IMG/VR virus record: IMGVR_UViG_3300027969_000097
Location: 734-64,733 of that record
Source of the DNA: a virus
Taxonomy: Duplodnaviria > Caudoviricetes
DNA: 64,000 nt
Direction: 5' to 3' (one strand)
Under the pieces are notes generated by a model that saw only the letters and a list, made by a program, of their open reading frames with translations, was not told the DNA's origin and did not search any database. Position numbers and translations under genes: made by a program. Below, piece by piece: positions 60,490 to 64,000 of the stretch (positions are counted from its first letter, which is position 1; every line of letters begins with the position of its first letter).

Positions 60490-61266
60490 ATGTCAGATAC
60501 ATCTGCTAGTACCAGCTTATTAGAGCGAAATAAAGTGTTCGATTATGTGCGAGATATGCTAGGCGACGGCATGATCGAAGTTGAACTAGATCCTAAACAC
60601 TACGAAACAGCACTAAATCGTGCTATAACTAAATTACGTCAGCGCAGTAGCAATGCTGTAGAAGAAAGTTATTTGTTTGTAGAATTAACTGTGGATCAAA
60701 ATGAATACAGATTGCCTGACGAAGTTATCTTAGTACAAAGTGCATTTCGTAGAAGTATTGGAAGTAGGACTGGTATGGGCGCAGGCGGCACATTGTTTGA
60801 GCCGTTCAACTTAGCCTACACAAATACATACTTGATGAACGGTAGTCAGCTAGGCGGCCTTGCTACTTACGAATTGTATGCAGGCTATCAAAAATTGATA
60901 GGACGCATGTTTGGTAGTTTCATAGAGTTTAATTGGAATCCAACTAAGCACATGCTGACTATATTACAACGTCCGTTTGCCACAGGCGAACAAGTTATGT
61001 TAAAAACTCAGAACTATCGTCCAGATTTTGTCCTATTACAAGATATCTATGCCAAGCAATGGCTATACGATTACACACTGGCTGTTTGTAAGCTAATGCT
61101 AGGTGAAGCACGTAGCAAATTCGCTTCTATTGCAGGCCCAAGTAGTGGCATCCAAATGAACGGCGCCACATTGAAAACAGAAGGCACCGCAGAAATTACT
61201 CAATTAGAAAAAGATATCGGCGACATGATTCCAGGTGGTACACCAATGACATTTATTATTGGATAA
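60490..61266 (+). CDS. gp13: neck protein (T4 gp13-like)
   Basis: LGDGMIEVEL, WLYDYTLA..K..LG..RSKF..I.GP..GIQMNG, terminal FIIG. Confidence 0.8.
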   Translation: MSDTSASTSLLERNKVFDYVRDMLGDGMIEVELDPKHYETALNRAITKLRQRSSNAVEESYLFVELTVDQNEYRLPDEVILVQSAFRRSIGSRTGMGAGGTLFEPFNLAYTNTYLMNGSQLGGLATYELYAGYQKLIGRMFGSFIEFNWNPTKHMLTILQRPFATGEQVMLKTQNYRPDFVLLQDIYAKQWLYDYTLAVCKLMLGEARSKFASIAGPSSGIQMNGATLKTEGTAEITQLEKDIGDMIPGGTPMTFIIG

Positions 61267-61289
61267 GGATTTTCTAGCATATATACTGG

Positions 61290-61862
61290 ATGAAGATTGA
61301 ACATATTTTTACAACTCCAGTAGTTGTTGATAGCTTAGATTTAAATAACAACGCATTAGAACAATTTTGTCGAGACATAATTGATAAAGCTGTTGGACAC
61401 CCGGGACAAAGCGGCCCATTAAGTCTATCTACACCCGAATTACAACCTTTAATAAAAGAAATACAAATTCGCCTAGACGAATTACATACTGAATTAGGTT
61501 TTAAACCAGGTACAGCATTTAAAATAATCAAAGCATGGGCAAATATCAACAATTCAAAACCCGTTGATCTTCCACATTGTCATCCTAATAGCGTATTCAG
61601 TATTGTTTACTATGTAAAAGGAGCAGGCGTTCCTGAAAATGGTAATATCGTTTTATTATCCCCATTAGATACAGTTATCCAATATGCTATACCTGAAGAA
61701 CACAAGGATTTTAATAATTTTTTTAATTCCTGGCATTGCACAATTCCTCCGGAAACTGGTAGATTGGTGATGTTTCCTTCTTGGATAATGCATAGCGTGT
61801 CCCATAATAATTTGACTAGTTCGGACAGAATATCTATTGCATTTGATGCAATTATATCTTGA
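61290..61862 (+). CDS. putative 2OG-Fe(II) oxygenase (HxH, TIGR02466-like)
   Basis: AWANIN, PHCHPNSVFSIVYY, FPSWIMHSV, RISIAFD. Confidence 0.85.
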   Translation: MKIEHIFTTPVVVDSLDLNNNALEQFCRDIIDKAVGHPGQSGPLSLSTPELQPLIKEIQIRLDELHTELGFKPGTAFKIIKAWANINNSKPVDLPHCHPNSVFSIVYYVKGAGVPENGNIVLLSPLDTVIQYAIPEEHKDFNNFFNSWHCTIPPETGRLVMFPSWIMHSVSHNNLTSSDRISIAFDAIIS

Positions 61863-61887
61863 CGTTGTAATAAAACTGTTATATACT
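61859..61887 (+). promoter_or_regulatory. sigma70-type promoter for dNMP kinase
   Basis: TTGACG (61859-61864), 17-nt spacer, TATACT (61882-61887), then AGGGGG RBS. Confidence 0.7.
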
Positions 61888-61908
61888 AGAGTTACTTTAG
61901 GGGGCTCT

Positions 61909-62589
61909 ATGATTATAGGCGTGTGTGGTTTTATTGGTTCCGGCAAAGATACTATTGCCGATTATTTGACTAACTGTCACGGTTTTAGACGAGAAAGTTT
62001 TGCCAACAGTTTGAAAGATGCAGTGGCATACGTGTTTGGTTGGGACAGAACCATGCTGGAAGGTCGCACAAAACAAGCTCGCGAATGGCGAGAGCAAATA
62101 GATCCGTGGTGGAGTGAACGATTAAACATGCCCAATCTTACTCCACGGTGGGTACTACAATATTGGGGCACTGAAGTTTGCCGTAAGGCATTCCACGATG
62201 ATATTTGGATTGCCAGCTTAGAAAACAAACTACGCAACTCAACTGACGATATTGTCATAAGCGATTGCAGATTCCCTAATGAAATTAAATCAATTAAAGA
62301 AGCAGGCGGTATTGTGATCCGTGTAAAACGTGGTGCAGAACCCGAATGGTACAAGGATGCGGCTGATATGAATGCCGGCGATCACTGTATGAATTGGGCA
62401 CTTGCTTCGAACCGTATGAAGCAACTGGGAATACATGCTAGCGAAACTGCTTGGGTTGGCACCAAGTTTGATGCAGTGCTGACCAATGATGGAACAATAG
62501 ACGACCTCATGTCTAAAGTTAAAGATCTGGTACAAGATCCCCTTGCTTCCATTGAATCCCTTCCTTATGTAACACTCTCTGACAATTAG
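61909..62589 (+). CDS. deoxynucleoside monophosphate kinase (T4 gp1-like)
   Basis: MIIGVCGFIGSGKDT P-loop, FANSLKD, PRWVLQYWGTE, ISDCRFPNE. Start ATG 61909. Confidence 0.9.
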   Translation: MIIGVCGFIGSGKDTIADYLTNCHGFRRESFANSLKDAVAYVFGWDRTMLEGRTKQAREWREQIDPWWSERLNMPNLTPRWVLQYWGTEVCRKAFHDDIWIASLENKLRNSTDDIVISDCRFPNEIKSIKEAGGIVIRVKRGAEPEWYKDAADMNAGDHCMNWALASNRMKQLGIHASETAWVGTKFDAVLTNDGTIDDLMSKVKDLVQDPLASIESLPYVTLSDN

Positions 62590-62845
62590 CACATACTGTT
62601 TTAAGATTAGCATGTCGGCAATTGTTTAAATCTCCGTCTACATGAAAAACAGCAAATACTTCCCTATGTTGGCTTTTAAATCCGCATTTGTCGCAAATAT
62701 TCTTTAATTTATAGCCAGCATGTTGCCAACGGGATACTTTTACTCCCCGCAAACAAGAACCGCATACTCGTCGATAGTATGGTTGTCCTTCTTTATAGTA
62801 ATTAATGGCTACAGGCGCTCTGCCGCATCTACATAATGGTCGCAT
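62519..62845 (-). CDS. HNH-like zinc-binding protein
   Basis: CxC, CxxC, CDKC, FHVDGDLNN...NLKTVCANC. Confidence 0.7.
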   Translation of the reverse strand: MRPLCRCGRAPVAINYYKEGQPYYRRVCGSCLRGVKVSRWQHAGYKLKNICDKCGFKSQHREVFAVFHVDGDLNNCRHANLKTVCANCQRVLHKEGIQWKQGDLVPDL

Positions 62846-62849
62846 TTTA

Positions 62850-62857
62850 TATTTAAG
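62850..62857 (-). promoter_or_regulatory. late-like promoter CTTAAATA, leaderless to HNH-like gene
   Basis: 4 nt before the ATG, no SD. Confidence 0.45.
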
Positions 62858-62909
62858 CCTTTTCTGTGCCTTTTCTAGGTAGTATACTAGCTTAATTTTG
62901 TAGTTTATC

Positions 62910-62917
62910 TATAAATA
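62910..62917 (+). promoter_or_regulatory. T4 late promoter TATAAATA for tail sheath
   Basis: Exact consensus, then GGAGA RBS and ATG 62951. Confidence 0.75.
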
Positions 62918-62950
62918 CAATTGAACTAGTATTCACCGGAGAGTCAACAA

Positions 62951-64000
62951 ATGGCACAATTGAACAGCCCAGGCGTAGCGGTTACAGTAATAGACGAAAG
63001 CTTCTATACGCCAGCCGCCCCAGGTACAACACCTTTAATTATCGTAGCAACTGAACAAGACAAAGCGAACGGCGCTGGCACTGGCACAGCACCAGGAACA
63101 CTAAAAGCAAATGCAGGCAAAGTTTATTTGATGACAAGTCAAATGGACTTGGGCAGTACTTTTGGTACACCTATGTTTGAAACAGATGCTAGTAATAATC
63201 CAGTTCACGCAGGTGAACGTAATGAATATGGACTTCAAGCGGCTTATAGCTATCTCGGAGTTAGCAGTCGCGCATACGTGGTACGTGCAGATGTTGATTT
63301 AGGTGCATTGGCACCAAGCACAACAGCTCCTGCAGGTGCTCCAGTAAACGGCGCATGGTGGTTTGACACAGCAGATTCAGTATTTGGTATATTTGAATGG
63401 AACGGAAATGCACTGACATCAACAAGCGTTGGCGCACAGTCATTTACAAATAAAACACCGACAATTATCAGCAATACTAATCAACAAGTTGGCGGAACAA
63501 GCAGTGGTGATCCACTTGCAAGCATTGGTGCTATTGGTAGTTACGCATTAGTTGTTACAGCAACTCCATACAAATTATTCTTTAAAAACTATCAAGGTAC
63601 ATGGGTGGTAGTTGGTAGCAACAACTGGACTAAATCTTGGCCAACTGTGCAAGGTTCAGCACCTACAACAATTGCTACTAGCGATACGCTAACAATTACT
63701 ACAAGCCCAACATCAACACAAAGCGTTACAGCTACCGCAACAACAGCACAGACTTCAATTACCGTTACTGGTACTGTAGTTTTAAACAATATTATTACAG
63801 CAAGTAACACACTAGTGGCAGGCGACATTGTTGAATTTGCGGCAGGCGCCAACGGTATTTCAGCCTCAACACGTTATTATGTAATAGCTAGCAATTTGTC
63901 AGGCAGTGGATTTAACGTAAGTACAACCAAAGGTGGTACCGCAGTTACAATTACTGGAACAACTTTAAGCACAACTGCCAAAGTTACAAAACTCGACGGT
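62951..64000 (+). CDS. gp18: tail sheath protein (T4 gp18-like), 5' part, runs off window
   Basis: MAQLNSPGVAVTVIDESFY...FGTP.F...ERNEYGLQAAYSYLG...AYVVRAD. The frame appears open to the window end. Confidence 0.85.
   Translation, partial: MAQLNSPGVAVTVIDESFYTPAAPGTTPLIIVATEQDKANGAGTGTAPGTLKANAGKVYLMTSQMDLGSTFGTPMFETDASNNPVHAGERNEYGLQAAYSYLGVSSRAYVVRADVDLGALAPSTTAPAGAPVNGAWWFDTADSVFGIFEWNGNALTSTSVGAQSFTNKTPTIISNTNQQVGGTSSGDPLASIGAIGSYALVVTATPYKLFFKNYQGTWVVVGSNNWTKSWPTVQGSAPTTIATSDTLTITTSPTSTQSVTATATTAQTSITVTGTVVLNNIITASNTLVAGDIVEFAAGANGISASTRYYVIASNLSGSGFNVSTTKGGTAVTITGTTLSTTAKVTKLDG

Noticed and set aside
62519-62845. Mobile homing endonuclease
   Set aside because: Short, with the final His of the HNH motif replaced (CANCQ) and no intron context. 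Kept only as an HNH-like protein.

Overview
This window is the virion morphogenesis region of a large T4-like (myovirus) dsDNA bacteriophage read in standard code 11. From left to right it carries: a gp26-like baseplate-hub gene with a probable -1 frameshift extension; a tape-measure-like gene; the head module (portal, acidic core, prohead protease, scaffold, major capsid); about 32 kb of Thr/Gly/Ser-rich virion fibre/appendage genes, including two giant paralogues (2789 and 3619 aa), an S74-chaperone fibre and three glycine-rich adhesin-like paralogues; a 13 kb AT-rich island with four flavin-dependent tryptophan-halogenase-family genes and ten 2OG-Fe(II) oxygenase-fold genes; a tail-fibre assembly chaperone; a phage groES-groEL pair; NUDIX; neck and tail-completion genes (gp15, gp14, gp13); dNMP kinase; an HNH-like protein; and the start of the tail sheath. 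T4-late-like TAAATA/TAAGTA promoters precede most units, and several would give leaderless mRNAs. The most notable signals are: (1) a halogenase/oxygenase island under late-type promoters, wedged between Gly-rich adhesins and fibre chaperones (candidate virion-protein modification system); (2) phycobiliprotein-like C-x-R-D helical repeats in the 3619-aa protein; (3) a canonical T TTT TTC slippery site joining gp26-like and gp51-like frames; (4) apparent avoidance of GCWGC throughout the window. All product calls come from motif recognition by eye, with no database searches.
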